From: Candidatus Iainarchaeum sp.
Lineage (GTDB): Archaea; B1Sed10-29; WALL01
Length of the DNA: 64,000 bases
NCBI GenBank assembly: GCA_023129115.1
Contig: JAGMCR010000017.1
Span: 1-64,000, forward strand
Reading direction: 5' to 3'
The notes beneath the pieces were generated by a model. It was not told the DNA's origin and made no database searches. It worked only from the letters and a program-made list of their open reading frames with translations. Shown piece by piece: positions 25,261 to 35,471 of this stretch; within the stretch, counting starts at the first letter, position 1; every line of letters starts with the position of its first letter. Both the position numbers and the translations under genes were made by a program.

Positions 25261-28200
25261 GTGTTTTCTGTGAAAGAGACCAAGCTTAAAGTCCAAGAGG
25301 CAATGCAAAACGACGTGGGCAGGGGCATAGTCCGCATAGACAGCGAGACCCGCGACGCCCTCGGCCTCACGTCCGGCGACATAGTCAAGGTCAACGGCAA
25401 AACAGAGACCGCCGGCGTTGTCTGGCAGTGCTACCCACAGGACGAGGGCCTCAAAATCATCCGCATGGACGGCCTCATCCGCCAGAACGCAGGCGTCGGC
25501 ATCGGCGACTACGTCACCATCGAAAAAACAGACCCCAAGCCCGCCTCGAAAATCACGCTCGCCCCCACACAGCCCGTCCGCTTCTCGCCGGGCTTTGAGT
25601 CATACGTCCAGAAGCGCCTAATCGGCCGGCCACTGGCAAAAGGCGACCGCGTGCTCGTCGGCGTGTTCGGCACAAGCCTCGTGATGGTCGCCACAAAGAC
25701 CACGCCCAAGGGATTCGTACAAATCACGCAGGAGACACAAATCGAGCTCAAGACAGAGCCGATCAAGGAAGTCATCGGCGTCCCCCAGGTGACGTACGAG
25801 GACATTGGCGGGCTCAAGGACGAGGTCCACAAGGTCCGCGAAATGATTGAAATCCCGCTCAAGCACCCAGAATTATTCGAGCGCCTCGGCATCGAGCCGC
25901 CGAAAGGAGTCCTCCTCCACGGGCCGCCCGGGACAGGCAAAACCCTTTTGGCCAAGGCAGTCGCCAACGAGAGCGACGCCAACTTCATCTCCATCCAGGG
26001 CCCGGAAATAGTTTCCAAGTTCGTGGGCGAGGCAGAGGAGCGCCTCCGCCAAATCTTCAAGCAGGCCGAGGAAAACGCGCCAACAATAATCTTCATCGAC
26101 GAAATCGACGCCATCGCGCCCAAGCGCGGCGAGGTCCACGGCGAGGTAGAGAAGCGCATTGTGGCACAGCTGCTCGCGTCCATGGACGGCCTGCAGGCAA
26201 GGGGCAACGTCGTCGTAATCGCGGCGACGAACCGTGTCAACGCAATCGACGAAGCGCTCCGCAGGCCGGGCCGGTTCGACCGCGAAATCGAATTGGGGGT
26301 CCCGGACCGCAAGGGCCGCAAGGAAATCCTCCAAATCCACACGCGCAACATGCCGCTTGATGGTGTGGACTTGGACAGGATGGCCGACATCACCCACGGC
26401 TATGTCGGCGCCGACGTGCAGTCGCTCGCCAAGGAAGCGGCCATGAAGACACTGCGCCGCCTCATCCCAAAGATGAACCTGGAGGGCGAGGACGGCATCC
26501 CGGCCGAGGTCCTCGAGAACCTAAGGGTAACGAAGGACGACTTCATGAACGCGTTCAGGGAAGTCCAGCCCAGCGCCTTGCGCGAAGTATTGGTCGAGGT
26601 CCCGAACGTGAGGTGGGGCGACGTCGGAGGGCTCGACACGGTCAAGAAGCAGCTCAGGGAAGCCATTGAGTGGCCCATAAAAGACCCCAAGATGTTCACG
26701 CGCCTCGGAATTCGGCCCCCGAAGGGCCTTTTCCTGTTCGGCCCGCCCGGCAGCGGCAAGACGCTGCTCGCAAAGGCTGTCGCGACAGAAAGCGAGAGCA
26801 ACTTCATTGTCGTGAAAGGCCCAGAGCTCTTGTCGAAGTGGGTTGGCGAGTCACTGCCATTCGACGAAGAAGTGCTTGTCATCAGGGATGGCTTGCTTGA
26901 GAGGGAAGAAATAGGGAAACTTGTTGAATCCAGTGGGGGGGATGGGGTGATGGCGCCCACTGTCACGGATTCTCTCAAGGCAAAGAACTCAAAAATTATT
27001 GATTTTATCCGCCATCCTGCTCCGCCGTACGTGGACGTACTCGTCACGGAAACAGGCAGGAAAGTGCGGGTCACGGGTGGGCACAGCGTTTTTGTTAAAG
27101 GTGGAAACGGTCTTGAAGAAGTTGTCGCAGAGGAAGTAAAACCAGGCGAAACAAGAATAGCAGTGCCAATGAAGTTAAAGCCAGTTGGCTCTGTTGTTGA
27201 AATCAATTTGTTGGACAGGTTGCAGAAAACCAAGTACGCGCTGTTCGTCAAGAATGGCCAAAAGCTTGTGAAGAAGGCAATTGAAAAGGTTGGGGCTGCA
27301 GAGGCAGCGAGGATCCTGGGCAAAGAGCGAAAGAATATTCATGCGTATGCAAAGAGAGCGGCGCTTCCAGTGGACTCTTTCGTAATGCTTATGGACCACG
27401 CCGCAATTAAATACAATCCGCGAGACCTGGTTATAAGCTCTCGCTATCGGAAGCATGAATTGCCAGCTGTCTTAAAGATGGACAAGGATTTTGGCACGTT
27501 CCTTGGCCTGTGGGTTGCAGAAGGGTCTTACTTGTCCTACGGCGTCCGCATAAGCACTTCAGACTCCGAACTCCCTGTTGTTAAGCGGCTTTGCAAGAAG
27601 CTCTTCAAGAATCTCACTATTTATGAAAAACCAGACTCTAGGGGCAGAGACGTGATAATATCCTCGCTCCCCCTCAAGGCGGTTCTGGAAGAGGTGTTGA
27701 AGCTGAGGGGAGGGGCAAAAAACAAGCGCATGCCCACTGAAGTGCTTTCCGCACCTCTCCCCGCAGTGAGTGGTTTCCTCCGCGGTTACTTCGGGGGGGA
27801 TGGGTATTTCAGTGGGAAGTACGTGGAGGCGAGCACAGTCAGCCAAGACCTTGCAAACGATGTCATGATTGCACTCCAGTACTTTGGCATAGTCGCCAGG
27901 TGCCGCGAGAAAAAAGAGTGGACAGGCAGCACGAGTTACAGGGTCCGGTTCCTTTGGACAGGTTTCCTGAAGAAATTCGCTGAAGAAATTGGGTTCTTGT
28001 ATGGCTCAAAGAACAAGCTATTGAATGCTTACCTCAAAAACATTAAACTAAAAAGAGTATTGCAGGCACCCAGCCAGCACATGGACGGCGACGTTTACTG
28101 GGACCTCGTGGTTGAGAAGACTCGTGAGCTTTACGAGCACCCATATGTATATGACATTGGGGTTAACCCAACACACCGTTTCATCGCAGGGTTTGGCGGC

Positions 28201-28800
28201 GTGCTCGTCCACAACAGCGAGCGCGGCGTCCGCGAGATATTCCGCAAGGCCCGCCTCGCGGCTCCCGTGGTAATCCTGTTCGACGAGATTGACGCGCTCG
28301 CGCCGAAGCGGGGGATGCACAGCGGCTCTGTGGTCACCGAGACCGTCGTGAACCAATTGCTGACCGAGCTGGACGGCATCGAGGAGCTGAAGGACGTCGT
28401 GATTCTCGCGACGTCGAACCGGCCCGACATAGTGGACCCGAGCCTGCTGAGGCCGGGGCGCTTCGACCGCATGATTTTCGTGCCCGCGCCTGACGAGGAG
28501 TCGCGCCTCGCTGTCTTCGAGGTGCACACCAAAAAAATGCCGCTCGCGAAGGACGTGAAGCTCAAGGAGCTCTCCGAGGCCACACAAGGATTCTCGGGCG
28601 CGGACATCGAGGGGGTGTGCCGCGAGGCCGCGATGAACGCATTGCGCCGCGACAAGAAGTCCAAGGAAGTCACGAAAAAGGACTTCGCCGGCGCGCTGAA
28701 GGCAGCGAGGCCATCAATCCAGGAAGAGGACCTGAAGCGCTACCGCGGGTTCATGGAAGAGCACAAGTCGAGCATCGACACCGCGAGCTACATCGGCTAA
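25261..28800 (+). CDS. cdc48: CDC48/VCP AAA ATPase, intein-containing
   Basis: N-domain, D1 GPPGTGKT, D2 [15 protein letters not shown] twice; D2 interrupted by an intein. Confidence 0.97.
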   Translation: MFSVKETKLKVQEAMQNDVGRGIVRIDSETRDALGLTSGDIVKVNGKTETAGVVWQCYPQDEGLKIIRMDGLIRQNAGVGIGDYVTIEKTDPKPASKITLAPTQPVRFSPGFESYVQKRLIGRPLAKGDRVLVGVFGTSLVMVATKTTPKGFVQITQETQIELKTEPIKEVIGVPQVTYEDIGGLKDEVHKVREMIEIPLKHPELFERLGIEPPKGVLLHGPPGTGKTLLAKAVANESDANFISIQGPEIVSKFVGEAEERLRQIFKQAEENAPTIIFIDEIDAIAPKRGEVHGEVEKRIVAQLLASMDGLQARGNVVVIAATNRVNAIDEALRRPGRFDREIELGVPDRKGRKEILQIHTRNMPLDGVDLDRMADITHGYVGADVQSLAKEAAMKTLRRLIPKMNLEGEDGIPAEVLENLRVTKDDFMNAFREVQPSALREVLVEVPNVRWGDVGGLDTVKKQLREAIEWPIKDPKMFTRLGIRPPKGLFLFGPPGSGKTLLAKAVATESESNFIVVKGPELLSKWVGESLPFDEEVLVIRDGLLEREEIGKLVESSGGDGVMAPTVTDSLKAKNSKIIDFIRHPAPPYVDVLVTETGRKVRVTGGHSVFVKGGNGLEEVVAEEVKPGETRIAVPMKLKPVGSVVEINLLDRLQKTKYALFVKNGQKLVKKAIEKVGAAEAARILGKERKNIHAYAKRAALPVDSFVMLMDHAAIKYNPRDLVISSRYRKHELPAVLKMDKDFGTFLGLWVAEGSYLSYGVRISTSDSELPVVKRLCKKLFKNLTIYEKPDSRGRDVIISSLPLKAVLEEVLKLRGGAKNKRMPTEVLSAPLPAVSGFLRGYFGGDGYFSGKYVEASTVSQDLANDVMIALQYFGIVARCREKKEWTGSTSYRVRFLWTGFLKKFAEEIGFLYGSKNKLLNAYLKNIKLKRVLQAPSQHMDGDVYWDLVVEKTRELYEHPYVYDIGVNPTHRFIAGFGGVLVHNSERGVREIFRKARLAAPVVILFDEIDALAPKRGMHSGSVVTETVVNQLLTELDGIEELKDVVILATSNRPDIVDPSLLRPGRFDRMIFVPAPDEESRLAVFEVHTKKMPLAKDVKLKELSEATQGFSGADIEGVCREAAMNALRRDKKSKEVTKKDFAGALKAARPSIQEEDLKRYRGFMEEHKSSIDTASYIG
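26851..28215 (+). mobile_element. Intein (455 aa) with LAGLIDADG homing endonuclease in CDC48 D2
   Basis: KWVGE|SLPFDEEV start, TGGHS block [10 protein letters not shown] and [17 protein letters not shown]|SER end; AT-richer codon usage. Confidence 0.93.
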
Positions 28801-29378
28801 GTCAAGTACGGCAGCAACAAGTAGCCAGCCGCTGCAATCGCCAGGAACCAGACAAGCGGGTTCCACTGCAATACTTTGTTGCCGTCCAGCGGCGGGAATG
28901 GGATCAGGTTGAAGGCGGCCAGGAAAAAGTTTATGTACGCCCCCCAGTCCCCGACAACCGAGACGAGCGTGTTGCTGGAATAACTCAAGGCAAGGAACAC
29001 CACTCCCACGGCCAGGTTGATTACCGGCCCCGTGACCGCGATTAGGCCGGACTCCCGGAGGGTGAGCCTCTTGCCGCCAATCATGACCGCGCCAGGAGCC
29101 GCGAAAATCAGGCGCCCCCCGGTCATTATCGCCATTCCCAAAGCGAGAGCCAGTCCCTGCCACCACATCTTGAAGAAAGCGATGCACCCGAACTTCTTTG
29201 CAACCCACCTGTGGCCCAGCTCGTGGAAGATGAACCCCGTGCCCAGCGTGAGGAGTATGATGGGGAAGCTCGTGGTCAACGCGGGGAGGAGGCCGTGCGT
29301 GTACACGGACGCCATCGAAAACGCGAGGCTAAGCGTGACCCACGAAATCAGTATCTGGATTAGCTCGCTGTTTTGCAT
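28797..29378 (-). CDS. Site-2 protease (M50) family membrane metalloprotease
   Basis: HELGH, GPVIN and [11 protein letters not shown] motifs. Confidence 0.93.
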   Translation of the reverse strand: MQNSELIQILISWVTLSLAFSMASVYTHGLLPALTTSFPIILLTLGTGFIFHELGHRWVAKKFGCIAFFKMWWQGLALALGMAIMTGGRLIFAAPGAVMIGGKRLTLRESGLIAVTGPVINLAVGVVFLALSYSSNTLVSVVGDWGAYINFFLAAFNLIPFPPLDGNKVLQWNPLVWFLAIAAAGYLLLPYLT

Positions 29379-29432
29379 CAACCCTTAAATACGAGTTAAC
29401 ACAATAAATAACTTACTAAAGGGGGAGAGAGA

Positions 29433-29609
29433 ATGAGTAAAGACCTTTGGAAAGACAGTGCTGCGCAAGTGTCCATGGAACTGATTGTGGTGCTTGCCGC
29501 AGTCCTCGCCGTAGCGCTGCTGGCTGTTTCGTCCCTACGGGACACGGCAGCGGACGCCGAGAAAATCGGCGGAAAAACCGCCAAAAAAATCATGAAGGAG
29601 CTGAAATGA
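29433..29609 (+). CDS. Small class III signal peptide pilin (58 aa)
   Basis: Manual translation MSKDLWKDSAA|QVSMELIVVLAAVLAVALL; below the ORF-track cutoff. Confidence 0.78.
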   Translation: MSKDLWKDSAAQVSMELIVVLAAVLAVALLAVSSLRDTAADAEKIGGKTAKKIMKELK

Positions 29610-29792
29610 ATGGGGAGAGGAATTCTTGAGGACAACCGCGGGCAAGTGTCGGCAGAGCTCATCGTCATCATCGCCGCTTTGATGGCAATGGCGCTGTTCT
29701 TCGTCGGCAACCTCCAACAAACGGTGAAAAACTCCAGCGAGACCATGAACGCGAAGACCAGCGAAGTCCTGAAGAAAATCGAAGACTGGTGA
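29610..29792 (+). CDS. Small class III signal peptide pilin
   Basis: DNRG|QVSAELIVII. Confidence 0.8.
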   Translation: MGRGILEDNRGQVSAELIVIIAALMAMALFFVGNLQQTVKNSSETMNAKTSEVLKKIEDW

Positions 29793-29797
29793 CTGCA

Positions 29798-30166
29798 ATG
29801 CGGGGCCAGGTATCGCTCGAGTTCATGGTAGTGCTAGCCGTTTTCCTGGCGGCCCTGGGGGTCTGGCTCGCCGGGGTAGGCAACGCCAGCCACGCCATCG
29901 ACGCAGCGCTCGGCGCGAAGCAGGCCGAGCTCGCCGCGGAGCGCCTCGCCTCCACAATCAACGCGGTGTGCGTCATGGGCGACGGCAACTCGCTGGACGT
30001 GGAAGTGATAATCCCGGGAGAGGCAGAGCTTACCGAGGGCATGTCGCTGCACTGGAACAACAAGACGTTCAAAAAACTCGTTTACTGCGGGTCCGAGGGC
30101 CTAACGCTTTCCGGGAGACAAAAGCTCACTGTCACGAACGACAACGGCTTCATACGCATAGCGTGA
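29798..30166 (+). CDS. Class III signal peptide pilin-like protein
   Basis: MRG|QVSLEFMVVL. Confidence 0.8.
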   Translation: MRGQVSLEFMVVLAVFLAALGVWLAGVGNASHAIDAALGAKQAELAAERLASTINAVCVMGDGNSLDVEVIIPGEAELTEGMSLHWNNKTFKKLVYCGSEGLTLSGRQKLTVTNDNGFIRIA

Positions 30167-30488
30167 ACACGACTTTCTCGTAGTCCAGCCCGGGCGTCAC
30201 CGCGGTGCGCGTGACCGACGCGCACTTTTCGCCAGCACCTGCCCGGCCAATCTTTTCCCGCAGCGCCGCAAGGCACGTCGAGTTGTGCTCGCACTTCTTT
30301 TTCATCGCAATTTGCGCGTAGTCGCCGGCCTGCTTGTACAGCACGACGTCGCTGTAGTCCTCCATCGTGATGGACGAGAGCGCTGTGATGAACGCCGCGA
30401 AGCAAAGCACTGCCACCAATGCCTCGAGGCTGAACACGAACCCCCTACCAGACCGCCAGCACACCGACTTCACCCCCCTCTTCGCCAA
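30150..30488 (-). CDS. Minor pilin-like protein (start uncertain)
   Basis: RG|FVFSLEALVAVL plus hydrophobic helix. Confidence 0.65.
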   Translation of the reverse strand: MAKRGVKSVCWRSGRGFVFSLEALVAVLCFAAFITALSSITMEDYSDVVLYKQAGDYAQIAMKKKCEHNSTCLAALREKIGRAGAGEKCASVTRTAVTPGLDYEKVVFTLCV

Positions 30489-30867
30489 GGAACACGAGCC
30501 GCTTCACAACAAGTTTCGCCCCCTCCTCGGGGGGTGGCATCGAGTTGATGCCACCCCCCAATTCCCTGTCGCCAGAAATGCTGTAGTTGCCGTGGCAGTA
30601 CTCTGCCTCCTGCCCGAGCTTGGCGGTGTCGATTGTCTGCGGCACCACCCTGCCCACGCTTCTGTCGAACTGGGCGAGGCACTTCGGGTCATTTATCAGG
30701 CGGTCGCTCGCGGCGATGAGCCTCGCCTGCCCCTCTGCGGTGGAGTGCATGCCCAGTGTGGAGCCAACCACCAAGTGCGTCCACAGGAGGCACATCTGCA
30801 CCAGCAGCAGCACGAGGAAGAACGCTATGGAAGCGTCAATCATCCAGGCCTGCCCCCTGCTCGCCAA
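30445..30867 (-). CDS. Minor pilin-like protein
   Basis: SD GGAGGTGG, TTG start, ASRG|QAWMIDASIAFF. Confidence 0.65.
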   Translation of the reverse strand: MASRGQAWMIDASIAFFLVLLLVQMCLLWTHLVVGSTLGMHSTAEGQARLIAASDRLINDPKCLAQFDRSVGRVVPQTIDTAKLGQEAEYCHGNYSISGDRELGGGINSMPPPEEGAKLVVKRLVFLGEEGGEVGVLAVW

Positions 30868-31087
30868 TGTACCACCTCCCGTACGACGGGAACACGCTGG
30901 AGTTGGCCGACCTGCCCTTGCCGAGCGCGGCGACCGCCTGCTCCTGGACCGCGCGCGTGCCCCTTTCCATCCTCTCGCGCAGCGCCTCGCCCCCAAGCCC
31001 TTCGGCTGCCCGGGAGTGCGCGTCCATGACGATTGCCACGATGGCGAGGACCATCATCACGGCCACCATTGCCTCAAGCGTATTCAT
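30836..31087 (-). CDS. Small pilin-associated protein
   Basis: MNTLEAMVAVMMVLAIV resembles a mature pilin N-terminus (E at +5). Confidence 0.55.
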   Translation of the reverse strand: MNTLEAMVAVMMVLAIVAIVMDAHSRAAEGLGGEALRERMERGTRAVQEQAVAALGKGRSANSSVFPSYGRWYIGEQGAGLDD

Positions 31088-31544
31088 GGCTGCACCCCCT
31101 TGGGATTAAGTAAATGCCTTTGCTGCTCCCAACAGTGATTGTCGCGCCAATCGCCTCGTGCTCGTCGCCGTGCACCACGACAATCTTGTTCGGCAATACC
31201 TTGATGTCGGGCTCGAACCCTTGCGGCGGCTCGCCCAGCAATTTTTGGTATTCAGGGCCATGCGTATGGCCGTACCACGGCTCGGCCCCGATGGCCCGCA
31301 TCTCGCTGGCCCACTCGCCCAGCGCTTTTCCAACGGCTTTTTCGCCGCGCGGCGCAGAGTATTCCACGGTGCGCCAGAACGATTCCTCAAAGTCCTGCTC
31401 CTTCACCGTGATTGCCTGCTGCTCGAGAAAAAACTGTTTTGTCTGCCTTATCCCTGCTGCCTCGCGCTGGTACAGGCCGAGCGCATGGAACGCAGTAGGC
31501 ACAAAGGACAGCAGTACCAAAAATGCTACGATGCCTCTCCTCAT
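31074..31544 (-). CDS. Membrane-anchored hypothetical protein (pilin-associated)
   Basis: MRRG|IVAFLVLL after a G/A-rich SD; first gene of the overlapping operon. Confidence 0.6.
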   Translation of the reverse strand: MRRGIVAFLVLLSFVPTAFHALGLYQREAAGIRQTKQFFLEQQAITVKEQDFEESFWRTVEYSAPRGEKAVGKALGEWASEMRAIGAEPWYGHTHGPEYQKLLGEPPQGFEPDIKVLPNKIVVVHGDEHEAIGATITVGSSKGIYLIPRGCSHEYA

Positions 31545-31675
31545 CTCCCTCTCCCCACTTATTGTTTGGGGGGAGCAGGCATTTATCGCTTTCGGTCTGT
31601 GGAGTACTTTTCTGCCAGCCCCTAACCCGTTTTGGCTATAAAAGCCTTTTATTCCAAACCGCACAATAGCTAAGC

Positions 31676-32119
31676 GTGTTGTTCCGTAACCCTTCAAAGG
31701 AGGACCTGCAAGCCATTGCTGCTTTGCAGAATGAGGCATTTCCCGATTCCGCTTTTTCTGAAGAAGAAACAATAAACATAGTCTCAGCCATCTTCAATCG
31801 TTCCACTCCCCGGACATCGTTTGTGGCCATGGAGAACGATAAAATGGCTGGGGTTGTCCTCGCCGAGTTCAGGGAGTGGTGGTACCCCCCTAATCTTGGC
31901 TACGTTTACGCGCTTGCAGTTCACCCAGACCACCAAGGAAAAGGCTTGGGCAAGGAGCTGCTGGAAAAAACCATAAACACGTTCAAGTCCATGAACGCAA
32001 CAAAAGTAGAAATCGCGTGCGAAGCCAAGAACGAGAAGGCCCTCAATCTCTACAAGAAGCGCGGCTTCCTTCCAGACCACTTCCTCCTCCACCTCCCACT
32101 TACAGAAAAGAAGGAGTGA
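31676..32119 (+). CDS. GNAT family N-acetyltransferase
   Basis: LAVHPDHQGKGLG and NEKALNLYKKRGF motifs. Confidence 0.92.
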   Translation: MLFRNPSKEDLQAIAALQNEAFPDSAFSEEETINIVSAIFNRSTPRTSFVAMENDKMAGVVLAEFREWWYPPNLGYVYALAVHPDHQGKGLGKELLEKTINTFKSMNATKVEIACEAKNEKALNLYKKRGFLPDHFLLHLPLTEKKE

Positions 32120-32250
32120 TTGTGCAAAACCCCCGGATTAATGTGCAGGCCCTATTAATATGCAAAGCCAACCCCCCCGAAAACCTTTTTAAGCAAAGCC
32201 CTTCATAATAGCCCCCACAACCCAAGCAACCGCTTATTTTGTGGATTCAC

Positions 32251-33060
32251 ATGGAGCTTGAGCATCTAAAGCAAGAACGGGACAAGCTTAACACCGAGAC
32301 CCAAAAGCTGAGGACAGAGTCCAAAGAGACGACCAGCCGCGTCAAGAGGCTCCGCCTGTCGCTGAAGGACGCCAAGGCCAAGCGCGACGAGGAGAACAAG
32401 CTGGTCCAGGAGTTCAAGCAAAAGCGCGACGAGGTCAACAAGAAAATCAAGGCACACATCTCGGCGCTGAACAAGTTCCAGGAAGACCTCGCCAAGCTCA
32501 AGGCCAGTTCCGGGCCAATGCACCAGACGCGCAAGGAATTGGAGCGCCTGGAGTGGAAGGTCCAGACCGAAGTCCTCGACGTCAAGCAGGAGGAAAAGAT
32601 CGCGAGGCGCATCGCCGAGCTGGAGGAAGCGTGCGCGGCGAGCGCGGAGTTCAACGAAAAAAGGAAGCAGCTCCGCAAAATCACTTCCGAGCTGGACGAC
32701 CTCCGCAAGGAGGCGCAGGCCTATCACGAGGTAATGCTCCAGCACGCGAAGGACTCCGAGCGATACCACGACGACGTCAAGAAGGCATACGAGCAAATCA
32801 AGAAGCTCGAGCCCGAGTTCAAGGAAGTCCAGCAGAAGGTCGCGCTCGCGCGGCGCGAGGCGGACGAGGCGCACAAGACCTACCTCGACAAGTACAAGAG
32901 CATCAAGGGCGCCGAAAAATTCGAGCAGGAAAAAGTCCATAAGAAGAAGGCCAGGGCTATGAGGGCAGAGGCCAACGACTTGATGAAGGCGTTCAAGGAA
33001 GGCAAGAAGCTCACCACGGACGAGCTCATGATTATCCAGGGATACGGTGGCTCAAAGTGA
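32251..33060 (+). CDS. Archaeal coiled-coil protein (COG1340-like)
   Basis: Heptad-rich; LERLEWKVQT and C-terminal FKEGKKLTTDELM. Confidence 0.8.
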   Translation: MELEHLKQERDKLNTETQKLRTESKETTSRVKRLRLSLKDAKAKRDEENKLVQEFKQKRDEVNKKIKAHISALNKFQEDLAKLKASSGPMHQTRKELERLEWKVQTEVLDVKQEEKIARRIAELEEACAASAEFNEKRKQLRKITSELDDLRKEAQAYHEVMLQHAKDSERYHDDVKKAYEQIKKLEPEFKEVQQKVALARREADEAHKTYLDKYKSIKGAEKFEQEKVHKKKARAMRAEANDLMKAFKEGKKLTTDELMIIQGYGGSK

Positions 33061-33063
33061 AAA

Positions 33064-33112
33064 CAGCCCTTTTTCTGTTACAGCCTTACGGCTGAACAGT
33101 GGAAAAGCGCTG
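33064..33112 (+). other. Long intergenic RNA hairpin
   Basis: CAGC-CTTTTT-CTGTT-CAGCC [TTAC] GGCTG-AACAG-GAAAAG-GCTG pairing. Confidence 0.55.
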
Positions 33113-33134
33113 GCGGAAAAACAGGTGGTAAGGA

Positions 33135-33356
33135 ATGAAGACGTACTTGACCTTGTGGTACAGCAGCGAGGGCGACAGCCCCATCGAAGTCGGGAAAAAG
33201 CTCAACGCCCTCGGCTTTGTCGACCAGCAGGGCAACTACGACTTCTCGTACTCATGGGACAAGAGGCCCCCGGTCGACGAATTGCTCCGCCTCGGCAACC
33301 TAATCCAGAAAAAGCTCCACGGCTCAAAAGCAGTCTTCAAGATGGAAACTATATAA
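33135..33356 (+). CDS. Small hypothetical protein
   Basis: 73-aa ORF with SD-like GGTGG and host-like codon usage. Confidence 0.72.
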   Translation: MKTYLTLWYSSEGDSPIEVGKKLNALGFVDQQGNYDFSYSWDKRPPVDELLRLGNLIQKKLHGSKAVFKMETI

Positions 33357-33966
33357 GCTCCCTCATTCTTTCCGCTGCTTTTACTGTCTCAGCCACGAGT
33401 GTATACTTCTGTGGCAGAGCCGCAGCCAACTCCCCCAAGTCAATCGACTCGTCGAAGTGAATGTACGGCTTCTCCACGAGCCCCAGCACGCGCTCGATTG
33501 CTATTTCCCCCTCGCGCTGGACGATTGCCGGCAAATTAACCACGGGCACTATCCCCACCTGTTCCGCGAGCTCCAGCACGTCGTCCAGCGAGCCAACCTG
33601 CGACTGCCTTGGCTGGGTCTCGATGCCGAGCGGCACGCTCGTCTTCTTCATTATTTCGCGGCAGTTCCTGGCGAGCGCCTCCATCGCCTCGCCCGGCTCC
33701 TGCTTCGAGTAAAACCCGGCGCGCGTGACGACGATGTCGGCGTTCAGCTTCCTCGCGACTTCCGCGGCTCCCAGTATCCTGTTGATTGCGTCGTCCACTT
33801 TCTGCAGCTTCGGGCTCGTGAGCGTCACGTAGTAGGGCGCGTGCACCCCGAAGCGCGGGCCGCTGTGCTTCCACTCCGGGTCGTAGCTAACGCTTTTCTC
33901 GAACTGGATTTCGACGTAGTCCCACTCCGGCGCTACGTCCCCTGGGGCGAGGCAGACTCCCAGCAT
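33349..33966 (-). CDS. Degenerate endonuclease IV/xylose-isomerase-like TIM barrel protein
   Basis: VEIQF, VHAPYY, AGFY, GIET and QVGSLDDV motifs. Confidence 0.7.
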   Translation of the reverse strand: MLGVCLAPGDVAPEWDYVEIQFEKSVSYDPEWKHSGPRFGVHAPYYVTLTSPKLQKVDDAINRILGAAEVARKLNADIVVTRAGFYSKQEPGEAMEALARNCREIMKKTSVPLGIETQPRQSQVGSLDDVLELAEQVGIVPVVNLPAIVQREGEIAIERVLGLVEKPYIHFDESIDLGELAAALPQKYTLVAETVKAAERMRELI

Positions 33967-34020
33967 CACCCCTGTTTGGGGGGGAAAAGGTTTATAAGCT
34001 GCGGGGGAGTGTATCTCGCT

Positions 34021-34302
34021 ATGCAGGACGACGAGCTGGCACTTAAGCTTGTGGAGCTTTACGTCACAGAAGTATCCAAGGGCCACGAGAAGAGGCAGAT
34101 GGGCCTGGACACTCTGCTGAACGCTTATTTCTACGCACTGCTCCGCATCACGCGCAAGCACAAGGAGACCGCCGCGCTCTCCAAGGCAGTCGAGCGCGAG
34201 GAAGAAGTGCTCGAGGACGAGTACAAGCCCGAGGTCGAGACAGAAGGCGGCAAAGAGCCCTACAAGGAAAAGGGCGAGGGCGACGAGTTCAAGTTCGACT
34301 AG
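34021..34302 (+). CDS. Hypothetical protein with acidic C-terminus
   Basis: ATG about 24 bp after TTTATAA; host-like codon usage. Confidence 0.7.
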   Translation: MQDDELALKLVELYVTEVSKGHEKRQMGLDTLLNAYFYALLRITRKHKETAALSKAVEREEEVLEDEYKPEVETEGGKEPYKEKGEGDEFKFD

Positions 34303-35417
34303 ACCAAAATCCTAATCACGTCGCCATTTTTTAACTCGTAGTCCTTGCCAACCCGCTTCTTCGTCCGCGCGTCAACCGCGCCAACAAACTTCTCCCCAAT
34401 CTCAGTGTGCACCCTGTACGCCAAGTCCAATGCCGTGCTCCCCTTTGGCACGAGGTACGCGTCCGGCAGCACACGGCCCTTCTTGTCCGTCAATTTGTTC
34501 TCGTCCTCCACAGGATAAACCACAATCAAATCCAATAGCCCGTAAGCCGCCCCGTCAATCGCCTTCTGCACGCCCGTGCTCCCGAACTTCGCGAGCAATG
34601 ACTTGATGAAGTCCAGCGCCTTCTTCTGCTTCTCCGGCACTTCACTCCCAACATCAAAACTGGCGTCCCCCGGCGAGTAAGAAATAAGATTACTTTCGTT
34701 GGCGCGGCGCAAGGCCAGCTCCGCTTCCGCGCAGCAAGCCACTGCATTGTCCAGCCGCTTAATATTCTCTTCCGACTCGGGCAGGTCCATCTTGTTCGCC
34801 GCCACAAGAATCGGCTTCCGCACTTTCTTCACGACCTCGAGCAGCTGCTTTTCTGTCGCGTTGCTGTCCACCCCCAACTCCTTGACCGCTTTTTTCACGT
34901 CCTCTTCCCGCACCTTCAGGCCGCTGAGCTGCTCGTGCACCGCCTGCCACGGCTTCACTGTCTTCATTTCTATCTTGCGCTTCAGCGAGTCCCACTTGTC
35001 CATGAGTATGCCAAGCATCCACTGCTCAATCTCGTCCTCGAGAAACTCGACGTCCTTGACAGGATCACCGTTCCCGGGATTCCCCTCAGTGTCGCTCCTC
35101 CCGCTCGCGTCGACAACGTGAATAAGCGCGTCCGCGTCCGCCAAGTCCGACAAAAACTGGTTGCCCATTCCCTTGCCCTCGTGCGCCCCAGGCACGAGCC
35201 CCGCGACATCAACCATCGCAATCGGCACAAGCCTCTTCCCGTCGCAATGCTCCACTCCCAACTCCTTGCAAGGGCACTTGGCCCGCACAACCGCAGTCCC
35301 GCGGTTCGGCTTAATCGTCGTAAAGGGATAAGCGGCCATCTCCGCCTCTGTGAGACAAGCTGCGTTAAGGAACGTGGTCTTGCCCGCGTTTGGAGAGCCA
35401 ACAACACCGATTTTCAT
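34299..35417 (-). CDS. OBG-family YchF-related GTPase/ATPase
   Basis: GSPNAGKT, YPFTT, DVAG, ANKMD motifs and C-terminal TGS domain. Confidence 0.93.
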   Translation of the reverse strand: MKIGVVGSPNAGKTTFLNAACLTEAEMAAYPFTTIKPNRGTAVVRAKCPCKELGVEHCDGKRLVPIAMVDVAGLVPGAHEGKGMGNQFLSDLADADALIHVVDASGRSDTEGNPGNGDPVKDVEFLEDEIEQWMLGILMDKWDSLKRKIEMKTVKPWQAVHEQLSGLKVREEDVKKAVKELGVDSNATEKQLLEVVKKVRKPILVAANKMDLPESEENIKRLDNAVACCAEAELALRRANESNLISYSPGDASFDVGSEVPEKQKKALDFIKSLLAKFGSTGVQKAIDGAAYGLLDLIVVYPVEDENKLTDKKGRVLPDAYLVPKGSTALDLAYRVHTEIGEKFVGAVDARTKKRVGKDYELKNGDVIRILV

Positions 35418-35471
35418 GCCCTCTTCTTTTGCAGCTGAATGTTTTTAAACATGGCTATACACTGTTTACGC

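Noticed and set aside
32120-32170. Three TGTGCA/TATGCA-like motifs upstream of the coiled-coil gene
   Set aside because: Too short and degenerate to support as an operator without a computed background.
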